Below the pieces are notes generated by a model that saw only the letters and a list, made by a program, of their open reading frames with translations, was not told the DNA's origin and ran no database searches. DNA of 64,000 nt from a virus. Lineage: Duplodnaviria > Caudoviricetes. Location of the stretch: positions 192,001 through 256,000 of IMG/VR virus record IMGVR_UViG_3300032312_001422, one strand, 5' to 3'. The position numbers and the translations under genes are program-made. This document shows positions 1-9,577 of this stretch, piece by piece (positions within the stretch are counted from its first letter, which is position 1; every line of letters begins with the position of its first letter).

Positions 1-1074
1 CAACGGACTTTGAAAACTTGGAAAGCGTAATATGTTTAGTGAAAAATTAATTGAATCTTTACCGTGCTTGAGTTTCCAGTTATATACCATCTCAAGGAAG
101 CTGTCTAACGTATCCAAGCACAATGCATTAATGGTACACATGACATGCAGGCCGCGGAACTTGCCCGAGTCTAGTAGACGTTCAACATTATTAGTCCAGT
201 CATCAAACACAAGGCCATCTCGAATGTATTCAGCTTGCAATCCTATTGATTCGTTGCTGGTATATAAATCAATTTCTACTCCATCAATTGCAACAAGCAA
301 TCGATCAATATCCACGTCAGTGCCTAGGTTACTGTTGATGGCAAGACGTGTAGAGCTTTTACCTTTATTGGTTTTAAACCAATCAATTAACTTCCAGGTT
401 TCCGCACTCATCAACGGCTCACCGCCAGTGATGCGTAATTCTTTTAGTGTCCTGTGTAGATCTGATTCCCACCATGCATGAAAAGCTTCAACGTACGGAT
501 TTGTTTCTCCAAACTTGTAAAGCTGACTAGCATCATGGGCATGAGTAAAGTGATTGCGGCCATCGCTGACAAGACCGTTATAAGCACCATTGGTCTTGAT
601 GTCTCGGACCCAAGTACTACTGAACGCTGGGTTACAGTAGCTACAGGCAAATTGGCAGGTTCTGTCAAACGCAATTTCCAGGGTTTGGAGATCAATATCT
701 TCGCTGGCGGGTGTTCTAAAGGCATGTGATAAATCCTTGTCATCGTATATAACTGTTTTGTAAACACGATCACTGATGTTGTCTCGGCCAATGTCTTCTA
801 TTTTCCAGCAGTATTCACAACCAGTGGGACGTTCACCTTTTTGCATTTGTTCGCGTTCCATTTTTTTCTTTTGCGTATTATGCAACGCTTTTGGATTACG
901 TGCAACATCCTCTACACTTACTTGGTGTGGCAATGGATGATGACAACTGGTAGTTTGCCCCGATCCTAGCCAAATAGTAGCATTGTACCATTTGGCTCCG
1001 CAGAAGCTTTCTGACTTGATGTCAATTACTCTGCGTTTATACTCTAAATCAGTTTCGTTATTAATTCTGGGCAT
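1..1074 (-). CDS. Radical SAM protein (twitch/SPASM-type), truncated by the left window edge; absent from the ORF track
   Basis: Manual translation from ATG at 1074: MPRINNETDLEYKRRVIDIKSESFCGAKWYNATIWLGSGQTTSCHHP...CEYCW...FDRTCQFACSYCNPAFSSTW...ITGGEPLM. Has the CxxxCxxC and GGEP motifs, is open at both ends where checked, and is paralogous to 1155..2444. Confidence 0.9.
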   Translation of the reverse strand, partial: MPRINNETDLEYKRRVIDIKSESFCGAKWYNATIWLGSGQTTSCHHPLPHQVSVEDVARNPKALHNTQKKKMEREQMQKGERPTGCEYCWKIEDIGRDNISDRVYKTVIYDDKDLSHAFRTPASEDIDLQTLEIAFDRTCQFACSYCNPAFSSTWVRDIKTNGAYNGLVSDGRNHFTHAHDASQLYKFGETNPYVEAFHAWWESDLHRTLKELRITGGEPLMSAETWKLIDWFKTNKGKSSTRLAINSNLGTDVDIDRLLVAIDGVEIDLYTSNESIGLQAEYIRDGLVFDDWTNNVERLLDSGKFRGLHVMCTINALCLDTLDSFLEMVYNWKLKHGKDSINFSLNILRFPSFQSPL

Positions 1075-1154
1075 GGTATTTACATTCGTTCCAAAATTCT
1101 GTCATTTCTGGAAAAGTTTTTAAAAAGTCAGTTTTGCGTCGTTTGTCGTGTTCG

Positions 1155-2444
1155 TTAAAAAAAACGATAAAAGTCTGCACGTTGCAGTTTAACATATTCT
1201 GGGTCTAGATTGCGACCTGCTTTCATCCAATCTATATCTCTACGCATACGCTGTACTTCGTAGTCTTTGAATCCATGGAATGGGTCATCTGCGGTTTCCA
1301 AATTGAGTTCCATCCAATCTGCCACACGTTCTAGCACACCAATGTAGACTTCGGGTAATATTTGTAAACTTTGCCAGGTAGGTGTACGCAACAGCGGAGT
1401 ATCAAACCAAACACGCTGGTAGGTTTTACTATGCACTCGACGTAGGTCGAGTATCCACTCTAGTTGTCGTTGTAAGCCCAACACACTTAGATTGTTCATG
1501 GTAATAATAAATGTCAAACTGTTACGATACGGAATGTCTGTTAAGAAACGACTTACATTATCAGCCATGCGAGAAAAATTTAAACCATGTCTAATGTACT
1601 CTGCATGTCTGGGTTTACCCGAATCTAAACTCACATACTGCATAAAGTGTTCAATCTGGGTTGAACATAATTGCTTGACATAGCCCAAGTACTTGTGAAA
1701 CAATCGGTCTTCTACACTGAAGTTGCTGGTCACATCCAAGTGTAGTTCTGGATTGGGTAGTGCCAACACATAATCAAATACTTTGTAGGTATTCTTATCC
1801 ATTAGGGGCTCACCACCGGTCATGCGGAAATGTTTCAAATGAGGATACAGCTCAGGCCACCATTCCCAGAACGCATCCACGTAAGGATTGTCGTAACTGG
1901 CTGGGATAGGCCTGCGGCGACCAGTGAAGTGCTTGGGATCGTTATGCGGTGTGCTGGTAGGGTATGCACCGTAGTAGTCAGTTTCTTGCATCCAGGTGCT
2001 AGAGAACTGCGGACTGCAATAGCTACACTTGAGATTACATACATGATTGAAATTTACTTCAACATAACTGGGTATCCAATCTTCTGTACCTGTGCTGGAC
2101 TTGATTGCGTTATAGTCGTTGGCGGCCCAGGGTTCTCCTGAGCGGTAATGACGGTCACTGAGATTGCCCATGTCCTCTTGTGTCCAGCAATAACCGCACT
2201 CCTGTGGGCGTTCATTTTTAAGCATGATCACACGTTGATCTTTTTTGTGTGCTGTGTTGTGTAGTGCACCAGGATTGTCTTTTAATGCTGTAGGGTCAAT
2301 TTCATGCAGGGGCGGATGATAACAACTGTTGGTCATACCTGTAGCCAAATGCAAGCTGACTTGTTTCCATTTGGCTAGGCACAGCCCAGGACCCAATAGT
2401 TCCTTCATCTTTTCTGCAGAGGACATAAAATTGCTTTTTGACAT
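1155..2444 (-). CDS. Radical SAM protein (twitch/SPASM-type); the true C-terminus probably extends to 1061 across a +1 frameshift in a T8 tract
   Basis: CNLKCSYC, MTGGEPLM, and N-terminal CLAKW...SCYHP...CGYCW. The ORF stops abruptly at RFF-TAA inside a homopolymer (see finding). Confidence 0.9.
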   Translation of the reverse strand: MSKSNFMSSAEKMKELLGPGLCLAKWKQVSLHLATGMTNSCYHPPLHEIDPTALKDNPGALHNTAHKKDQRVIMLKNERPQECGYCWTQEDMGNLSDRHYRSGEPWAANDYNAIKSSTGTEDWIPSYVEVNFNHVCNLKCSYCSPQFSSTWMQETDYYGAYPTSTPHNDPKHFTGRRRPIPASYDNPYVDAFWEWWPELYPHLKHFRMTGGEPLMDKNTYKVFDYVLALPNPELHLDVTSNFSVEDRLFHKYLGYVKQLCSTQIEHFMQYVSLDSGKPRHAEYIRHGLNFSRMADNVSRFLTDIPYRNSLTFIITMNNLSVLGLQRQLEWILDLRRVHSKTYQRVWFDTPLLRTPTWQSLQILPEVYIGVLERVADWMELNLETADDPFHGFKDYEVQRMRRDIDWMKAGRNLDPEYVKLQRADFYRFF

Positions 2445-2447
2445 TAA

Positions 2448-3404
2448 TTAATCCTCAACTAGAGTAATTTTTTTAGAATAATTGCGATGTATTAACAAGT
2501 TATAGTTGTGATCTAGTATGCTTTGCATTGTGTGGTACATAGTGTTGAGCTCGTTTTTAGATTTGGTTGCCAACGTATCTGTCAACTTGATAATGTGGTG
2601 AAAACGAGTAACTGGATCGTATCCATCGTAATCTTCATCCCAGAAATCGTGGAATGTACGAAATCCCAGCTGACGTAAATAAATTAAATGATTTTTTGGG
2701 CCCATAATTATAAATGGCTTTTTCATCAACATGGGCCTAAATGTTTTTTCTGTGGGGCAAAAAGTATTGCCAGAGGTGTAACTTTCTGCTACCACGTCGA
2801 TCAGTATGTCTGGGTAAAATTCCAACAACTGATCTGTAAATCCCGAAGTATCTTGTTGTCCTGGAGTATATCCATCTTGCGTTTCTAGCATCAATGGCAA
2901 ACTATCAGCAATCGTTGCGAACGTTTTAATTTGTTCTGGCGCATTGGTAAACAGTTCTGTTAATTCAAATAGTTTGCGTGAATCTTCGTTGCGGTAATCG
3001 CCACGTAAATTCACGTACGATTCTGCGGGATACTGTGCCAACAAATGCCCAGCAATGCCAAGGCGGTGCCAAATTGGTCTTCCGTAATATGCTAAAAATA
3101 TCTTATTACCGTTCCATACATGATATTTGCTGTCTACTGGTTTTTTAACCTGTGCCCACTGTAGCAATGATTGGACTCTAATAAAATACTTGTCATGTTG
3201 TTCAATACAATTTCCGCTGTGTATTTCAACATATTTAAAATTGAATTTGTCTAATAGATCATACAAACCCGTTGCTGAACAGCTGGCACCTTCGGTTCTT
3301 GTGTCTATGCTTATTGTGCCACCTTGATTTTTAACTAAGAAATCAACTAGCTCAACTTGGTTCCAAATAAACGTGTCAGCAGTTATTACAGTAAATTTAT
3401 TCAA
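2448..3404 (-). CDS. Putative glycosyltransferase, GT10/fucosyltransferase-like C-terminal motif (paralog family A)
   Basis: IDVVAES...PTEKTFRPMLMKKPFIIMG...LRQLGFRTF..FWDEDYD, shared with 5630, 6666 and 59305. Resembles the GT-B FEN...TEK donor-binding motif. Confidence 0.55.
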   Translation of the reverse strand: MNKFTVITADTFIWNQVELVDFLVKNQGGTISIDTRTEGASCSATGLYDLLDKFNFKYVEIHSGNCIEQHDKYFIRVQSLLQWAQVKKPVDSKYHVWNGNKIFLAYYGRPIWHRLGIAGHLLAQYPAESYVNLRGDYRNEDSRKLFELTELFTNAPEQIKTFATIADSLPLMLETQDGYTPGQQDTSGFTDQLLEFYPDILIDVVAESYTSGNTFCPTEKTFRPMLMKKPFIIMGPKNHLIYLRQLGFRTFHDFWDEDYDGYDPVTRFHHIIKLTDTLATKSKNELNTMYHTMQSILDHNYNLLIHRNYSKKITLVED

Positions 3405-3921
3405 TCAAAAATCCAGAAATCTGTAATGTAAATTTATTTTGTAATCCAGCATTGGCACTAAGATGTTCTACAGAACTGTCCCATTGCAATCCTTCACCGG
3501 CACGCCAGTGTGTACTGACTTCATTGTCGTACTGTATAAAATGTCCCAGTTTCCAATCTTCCAAATAGATATTGGATCGAACTTTGATTTCTTTTCTGTC
3601 AGGATAATTTTTATTAATTTGAAAAAATGTATCTCTATGTAACGGAATCATGCAACCAGGTTCTTGTAAAATACTACTGACCATAATGACTTCCATGTTC
3701 AGCTGGCGGCCAAATTCTTCGTAGTCTACTTGTGTACGATCCCACCAAAGCTGATGTATTTTGGTATTGTCATAATTGAATGTGTTTGGGTAGCCGCCGT
3801 ACTTTTGATAGATATCATCAAGTTCTTTTTTCTGATGAGTCATGCAACTACCTTCGTGCTGGTTGTAGTCAGCTGCCAGTATAGTGGAAAAATCGTAATC
3901 TAAATTTATTTTATTAATCAT
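3397..3921 (-). CDS. 2OG-Fe(II)/cupin-fold dioxygenase
   Basis: PGCMIPLHRD (HxD) ... WRAGEGLQWDSSVEHLSANAG (distal His); 174 aa. Confidence 0.7.
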   Translation of the reverse strand: MINKINLDYDFSTILAADYNQHEGSCMTHQKKELDDIYQKYGGYPNTFNYDNTKIHQLWWDRTQVDYEEFGRQLNMEVIMVSSILQEPGCMIPLHRDTFFQINKNYPDRKEIKVRSNIYLEDWKLGHFIQYDNEVSTHWRAGEGLQWDSSVEHLSANAGLQNKFTLQISGFLIE

Positions 3922-3922
3922 A

Positions 3923-4804
3923 TTAAAACCTTGTGGGTATTTTACTAGGGTGCCAAAACTTTGTTAAATCTTGTCCTTGTAATATCAATGCTGTGGCTTG
4001 CTCAGTCCACTCTTGTGTTGCTGGATCTATTTGAATGTCTAGTGCAACTTTGTTTAGATATTCTAAATATTCGGTTGGTATTGGATGCGTGTCGTAACGA
4101 TGTAAAAATCTATTGCTAAACAGATGTGTTTCGTTTATTTCACGGTGAATTTCTGCATCCAAATTGGTAAAATCTTGATTGGTGAATTGTTTCCACGTGG
4201 GCCAACTATCCCCACGTTTTATTTCATATTCTTCTTTTAATTTTGCGTTGTCCAAATAGCCTTTTCGGCTGTACCAGTCGCAATTAAAAATTACTTCATA
4301 AACACTAGGAGCAACTGTGGCCAGTTCTTCTCTGTATAAATTACTTATCTTATTGTCTATGCTAAAAATTTTAAACACATTATCGTCAGGCACATTAAAT
4401 GGCACAATACTAAAGAAATAGTACTGGCAACCTATTGCATCTAATACAGCTTTGGCGCCAGCCAGGTGTGCTGTGTCACGCAACAAGTATCCGGTTGGAT
4501 CGGTAAATTTCTTAACAAAATTCTCATCGTAGTCGGTTTGATTGTATATGCTTCCGGGAGTTAGCCACTCGCCCCCAACATAACGATCCTCACGGCCAAT
4601 ACTGCTCCACATGATCATTACTACATCATCTTGGGTTATCTTGTTACGCTTGTGACATTCCATTAGGCTGTAAAAGATAAAACTATTGCCGGCGCCGGGT
4701 TGCCCCCAATTTTGATAATGAGTGTACTGTCGTGCCACTATGTCAGCCCAGGTAGGATGTTTTGATCTGGTGAACGAGCAACCGAAAGCAAAGAATCTTG
4801 TCAT
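3923..4804 (-). CDS. SGNH/GDSL-fold hydrolase or acyltransferase-like protein
   Basis: N-terminal FAFGCSFT (block I Ser), NWGQPGAGN (block II) and C-terminal DTHP (DxH). Confidence 0.65.
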   Translation of the reverse strand: MTRFFAFGCSFTRSKHPTWADIVARQYTHYQNWGQPGAGNSFIFYSLMECHKRNKITQDDVVMIMWSSIGREDRYVGGEWLTPGSIYNQTDYDENFVKKFTDPTGYLLRDTAHLAGAKAVLDAIGCQYYFFSIVPFNVPDDNVFKIFSIDNKISNLYREELATVAPSVYEVIFNCDWYSRKGYLDNAKLKEEYEIKRGDSWPTWKQFTNQDFTNLDAEIHREINETHLFSNRFLHRYDTHPIPTEYLEYLNKVALDIQIDPATQEWTEQATALILQGQDLTKFWHPSKIPTRF

Positions 4805-5637
4805 TTTGTTAGTACGTTATTATAATGTAAAATCACACTTTCGTCATCCTGGGCAGTTGGACACATGGTACATACCTGATGTGGTCGACCATAATTGTTT
4901 AGGAATGCCGCTATATCAGAATCTGGGCTGTCCGGAGTAATGTACTTGCCTTTGTATGGATCCCATGCAGGATCTACGTTGCCAAAACGATCCAGTGTTT
5001 GTTCTAGGCCGCCCAAGGTACTGCACTTGTACATGCGACCATTGAACATCAACGGACATTTCTGTTGCATACAGATATTGAAACTGTCTGCCGGGTTTGA
5101 GTCAAACGGCATCATGTTAGGATAGTCGTTCCGGTAGTACTTGATAAATGTCAGTGGACGATTGACTTGAAAACGCAAACCATTTGTAGTCTTGTATCGG
5201 TATATACCAAACTCGTACACAGGTTCCCACTTGTACATTGAGAATATTTTAGCTATTACGTTTTCAACACGTTCGCTGTGTTGATGCACAGTAATTTTAA
5301 AAACAAAGTTGCCCACTTCGTGTGCTGTTTCTACAACATCCAAGTGCCGGTCCAATAGCTCTCCATTGGTACTAAAGCGTATAGGGCTTGTGGGTAATAA
5401 CTCACGTAGGCCACGTATCCACAGTTTGAGTTCAGGGTTGATCAAGGGCTCACCTCCCATGATACCGAAGTCTTCAATTGCCATTCTGGGCAACCACGAT
5501 TCTATTTCTTGACGGCCGTCTGCCCAAGGAACATAACCTGTGTGTTTTAAGTCAGCATAATTACTGCACCCAACACAACTCAGGTTACAAAATTGTGTAA
5601 CCATCATTTCTACAAAAGGTAAGTGATGTTTAGTCAT
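4801..5637 (-). CDS. Radical SAM protein (MoaA-like core with C-terminal Cys cluster)
   Basis: CNLSCVGC, MGGEPLINP, STNG; auxiliary Cys residues in CMQQKCP...YKC...CTMC. Confidence 0.88.
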   Translation of the reverse strand: MTKHHLPFVEMMVTQFCNLSCVGCSNYADLKHTGYVPWADGRQEIESWLPRMAIEDFGIMGGEPLINPELKLWIRGLRELLPTSPIRFSTNGELLDRHLDVVETAHEVGNFVFKITVHQHSERVENVIAKIFSMYKWEPVYEFGIYRYKTTNGLRFQVNRPLTFIKYYRNDYPNMMPFDSNPADSFNICMQQKCPLMFNGRMYKCSTLGGLEQTLDRFGNVDPAWDPYKGKYITPDSPDSDIAAFLNNYGRPHQVCTMCPTAQDDESVILHYNNVLTK

Positions 5638-6676
5638 TGAATGTGTTCTGTATTTGTTGATGTGTTAGTGCCATGAATACATTATAGTTATGATCAAGTA
5701 CGGATTGCATATTGTTTAGTGTTGTAATTAGTTTTTCTGGACTCCATAGACCAATGGTGTTGATTAATTTTAATATTTCTCGTACACGCCACTGCATACC
5801 ATATTCATCATAACCTTCGTCCCAAAATTCATTGAATGTTTGAAATCCTAAGCGACGCAGGTTAGCCAAATGATTTCTACCACCCATGGTAATAAATGGC
5901 CGACGTGCCAGGATAGGACGCCAAGTTTTTTCTGTGGCAAAACAAACCTCATCACGCACAAATGTTTCATGCACAATGTCAACAAATATATTATTATAGT
6001 ATTGTAATATATTAAGATTTGCTGGCAATTGTATAGGATAACAATCATCCTGTTTGATATATGTAGACATGTTTTTGATTGCTTCTATTTCTTCAGGAAT
6101 AAATTGAGGACAGGTTTTTAAAAATTCCACAGCCACGTCAATTTGATCACATTCCATTTTAACTAAATCTTCTAATCCTACAAAATCACAAAGGCCATCA
6201 TTTTTTACCAAATAGTGTGTGCCAATGCCAGTATTATATGTTTGGAATGTTTTGTCTCTAAAGTTTTTATGCAATGCTGATGCTATCCACAATCTATTCC
6301 AGTTGCTTTTTCCAATAAAATGTCCAAAATGTAAATTGGGGTGTTGTCCAGTATCTACTGAGTTATTTGTCAGCCACTTTTGTATAACTGGAAGTTCGAA
6401 CCAGGCACCAGCATCTTTTACGATTGTGTACTCAGGGTGTTGCTCGATCATGTTGCCTGTACGTATACTAATGTTCTGTTTATTGTATCCGGTGTGTTTG
6501 CAAAACGCATCTAGATATCTGTACAATCCGCATCCTTCCAAACTTGATCCTTCTGGGACAACTGTTAATTTTGCAGAGTGTTTGTTGTTTAAGCAATCGT
6601 ACAGGTGCATAACCAACAAGTCTTTACGCCAAAACTTATTGTCATTGATGCCAACGTGATATTCTTTATTCAACAT
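5630..6676 (-). CDS. Putative glycosyltransferase (paralog family A)
   Basis: VDIVHET...ATEKTWRPILARRPFITMG...LRRLGFQTFNEFWDEGYD. Confidence 0.55.
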   Translation of the reverse strand: MLNKEYHVGINDNKFWRKDLLVMHLYDCLNNKHSAKLTVVPEGSSLEGCGLYRYLDAFCKHTGYNKQNISIRTGNMIEQHPEYTIVKDAGAWFELPVIQKWLTNNSVDTGQHPNLHFGHFIGKSNWNRLWIASALHKNFRDKTFQTYNTGIGTHYLVKNDGLCDFVGLEDLVKMECDQIDVAVEFLKTCPQFIPEEIEAIKNMSTYIKQDDCYPIQLPANLNILQYYNNIFVDIVHETFVRDEVCFATEKTWRPILARRPFITMGGRNHLANLRRLGFQTFNEFWDEGYDEYGMQWRVREILKLINTIGLWSPEKLITTLNNMQSVLDHNYNVFMALTHQQIQNTFND

Positions 6677-7628
6677 AGGTTATTTGAGTAGTAAATTTTT
6701 TACTTAATAGCAACTCGTAGTTGTGATCAAGTACGGATTGCATGTGATTGTACATATCTTGTAATTCTGCGTGTGACTTGTTGGCCAATGAATCGATCAA
6801 TGTCAGTATTTTTTTGTATCGATGTTCTGTGTTGTGTCCATCATAGCTTTCGTCCCAAAATTCATTAAATGTACGAAATCCCATTTGCCGCAAGTGTATT
6901 AAAAAACATTTTGGACCCATTACAATAAACGGTTTTTTCATCAGCATAGGTCTTACAGTTTTTTCTGTAGGATAAAATGAACGTCCCGCAACAAAAGTTT
7001 CTACTACCACATCAATTAAAAAATCAGTATAAAATTCACAGAGCTGATCAGTGTGATTAACTACAGTATCGCCAATTGTACACCCATCCACAGTTTCCAA
7101 CTGTACAGGAAAATCTTTATAACAATTCATAAAAAATTGTAACGATTCTGGATCTACTTCAAATAGTTTTTCTAATTCAAACATTGGTCGCTGATCTTTA
7201 TTGTGCGGATCGAATCTAAAATTTAACAATGTTTTGTTGTAATATTTGGTATGCAAATAACTGGCCAATCCCACTCGGGGCCAAGTTGGACGATTGTAAA
7301 AAACACCAAATTGTTTTGCACCTGACCATGCGTGATACTGACTATAGTCTATTGTTTCTGGCACTACAAAATACTGAAACGCATCTCTATGTACAACTAT
7401 TTTATAGTTATTATTTGACTCTACTATATTGTTTGTACATATTTCAACTGATTTAAAAGAAAAAAAATCCAATAATCGATACACTCCCAAATTTTCTAAA
7501 CATGCACCTTCAGGTATGGCAACATGAATTGATTTTCCTTGCCAATCTATCAGGAATTGTACCAATTCATCATAGTTCCAGATTGTGGTATCATTTATGT
7601 TGAGAATAACTTCGTTTTCAAGTTTCAT
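6666..7628 (-). CDS. Putative glycosyltransferase (paralog family A)
   Basis: IDVVVET...PTEKTVRPMLMKKPFIVMG...LRQMGFRTFNEFWDESYD; close paralog of 2448..3404. Confidence 0.55.
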   Translation of the reverse strand: MKLENEVILNINDTTIWNYDELVQFLIDWQGKSIHVAIPEGACLENLGVYRLLDFFSFKSVEICTNNIVESNNNYKIVVHRDAFQYFVVPETIDYSQYHAWSGAKQFGVFYNRPTWPRVGLASYLHTKYYNKTLLNFRFDPHNKDQRPMFELEKLFEVDPESLQFFMNCYKDFPVQLETVDGCTIGDTVVNHTDQLCEFYTDFLIDVVVETFVAGRSFYPTEKTVRPMLMKKPFIVMGPKCFLIHLRQMGFRTFNEFWDESYDGHNTEHRYKKILTLIDSLANKSHAELQDMYNHMQSVLDHNYELLLSKKFTTQITYVE

Positions 7629-8335
7629 ATATAGTTATTTTTTATCAAATGATCGTGCAACTGGTCTGCATATTGTTGGTGTGCAATTGGCATTGGATGT
7701 AACGTATCATCAAATGCATTGAGTTTTTTAGCAACACCATGCAAACATACATCAGTAAAAAAGTTTTTATCATCAATCATATTATATAAACTGTCACATT
7801 CTTTTATGCGTGATAAAGGCCGGTACGGTATAAAAACATAAGGAATATTTGTTGCTTTTAATGTGTTTTGTAAAGATATTATTTTTACAATAGTAGAAAA
7901 AATATGGTCTTTAAGGCCAGTTACTTTATAGTACTCATGTACCACGCGACCTAGGCTATCATCTTTTTTGCGATTTAAATGACCTCCCCCAAACACCCAA
8001 TTTTTTTGTACGTAGTCTTGATCATTGATTGGAAATATTTTTTTACTGGGCCAGTCATTTTGCTGACTTTCATAGTATGATGTAGTTTTAATGTCGCTAA
8101 ATTGGTGAATATTTCTAACTCTGAAGTCAAATCTTTCTGCATAAGACCACATAATCAATACAAGGTTGTATGGTCGCTGACTGATTTCAGCCACAGTAGC
8201 TTCATGTATATATGTGTTGCCAGCACACGCCATTGATAAATTTACAATGTTACAATTTGGTATTTTTTCCTGTAACAGGTAAGGCCAGGACCCTTCTCCG
8301 CGGGAGACTGAACTTCCATTAATTAGTATATTCAT
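7625..8335 (-). CDS. SGNH/GDSL-fold protein
   Basis: LINGSSVS (block I), NLSMACAGN (block II) and C-terminal DTLHP (DxxH). Confidence 0.6.
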   Translation of the reverse strand: MNILINGSSVSRGEGSWPYLLQEKIPNCNIVNLSMACAGNTYIHEATVAEISQRPYNLVLIMWSYAERFDFRVRNIHQFSDIKTTSYYESQQNDWPSKKIFPINDQDYVQKNWVFGGGHLNRKKDDSLGRVVHEYYKVTGLKDHIFSTIVKIISLQNTLKATNIPYVFIPYRPLSRIKECDSLYNMIDDKNFFTDVCLHGVAKKLNAFDDTLHPMPIAHQQYADQLHDHLIKNNYI

Positions 8336-9231
8336 TCTCTAACCATTGGTCCTTGATTTTTAAATTGGCTCTTATAGTGATGCTTAAAAAATTTACTTTC
8401 CTCAGGATCCATGTCCACAATAGGTAAACCAAGACGTGTGCGTAGGGCTTCTCCTACACCCCGGCATTGGTCCGGACCATCTTGTTCAAAACTTTTCCAC
8501 AACATTGCTAGGATATCAAAATCCTGTACTTGTCGATGATCCCATCCTTCCAACATCATCATGTATGTGCCAAGTCGTGCTCCGTAAATGGCCCAAAAAC
8601 CATTTTCAACATCTGCTCCTACGCTTTGCCAAATGCACAAATTATCATAGTTGCGAGTATTGACACGACTTTCAAATTCCTGCAAGGAAATCTTTGCTCC
8701 ACGGTCCAGTGCCATCTTCACACCCTCGCGGAATCCGGCTCGCCATGCCTGATAAGGTGTTGCATTGGGATAGGTAGTTGAGTAGCAATCATTCATTGAC
8801 CAATAGTCAGGATAAAAACAAAACTCTACATCATTTTCTGCAGACCCATCTGAGGCTTCGTGTGTACGCATTGAATAGATAAAGTCCTTGGTCCAACAAC
8901 TCATTCCCCCGTTGCCGTATAAAAGACCATTGATAATGTTACGAGCTTTCCAACGAAACACACAGTCATTACTACCACTATCCAGTTGAAGTTGGAGGTT
9001 GAAAAAAGCGGGATCAGGAACATTGTCCCCATCAATGATAATAAACCGATCGGTATCGCTGTTATCAGCAGCCGCTTTATGTGCGGCATCCGATCCTTTA
9101 ACCCCGTCCACTCGCTTGGCCCAGGGCACCATGTTTTGTATTTTAATCCAATTAGTTTCTTTATTAGGTTCATCATAAGTTAGGTATATGCAGTCTAGAT
9201 CTGCAACGTCAATTAATTGTTTTTCTGTCAT
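8332..9231 (-). CDS. GT-A fold glycosyltransferase-like protein
   Basis: DCIYLTYDEP...RVDGVKGSDAAHKAAA...FIIIDGDN (DxD after a hydrophobic strand). Confidence 0.6.
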   Translation of the reverse strand: MTEKQLIDVADLDCIYLTYDEPNKETNWIKIQNMVPWAKRVDGVKGSDAAHKAAADNSDTDRFIIIDGDNVPDPAFFNLQLQLDSGSNDCVFRWKARNIINGLLYGNGGMSCWTKDFIYSMRTHEASDGSAENDVEFCFYPDYWSMNDCYSTTYPNATPYQAWRAGFREGVKMALDRGAKISLQEFESRVNTRNYDNLCIWQSVGADVENGFWAIYGARLGTYMMMLEGWDHRQVQDFDILAMLWKSFEQDGPDQCRGVGEALRTRLGLPIVDMDPEESKFFKHHYKSQFKNQGPMVRE

Positions 9232-9577
9232 AATATTCTATATCTTGATATTGTTCATTGGGCGCCAATGCCAGTGCAGCCAGACCTCGAACCACTGGTT
9301 GACCGGTGTTGCTTTTTGCAAGATGCGTTCGTGTTATCTTTGTGTCGATGATTTTTAGTTCGCCGTTGATTACACGTAATCTGCTGGTGTTGGTTTTAAA
9401 AAATACATCGGGATTGTCTATCACAATGTAATTGGTGTCAGGCGGATGAGCAGTTTCACAGTACATGGTAACGTTGCCTTCTTCGTCATAGTATATCCTG
9501 GGCTCTGTGATCAGTACGGGACGTTGACGATTGTATTCTTCAACCAATTGTAGTGCTTCAAGCAATTCTGGATTCAT
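9209..9577 (-). CDS. Hypothetical protein (122 aa)
   Basis: Overlaps both neighbours within the operon; no recognisable motif. Confidence 0.7.
   Translation of the reverse strand: MNPELLEALQLVEEYNRQRPVLITEPRIYYDEEGNVTMYCETAHPPDTNYIVIDNPDVFFKTNTSRLRVINGELKIIDTKITRTHLAKSNTGQPVVRGLAALALAPNEQYQDIEYYDRKTIN

Noticed and set aside
32-791. Track ORFs 32..481 (+), 444..791 (-) and 478..729 (+)
   Set aside because: They are shadows or off-frame readings of the radical SAM gene 1..1074 (-), which the track missed because it runs off the window edge.
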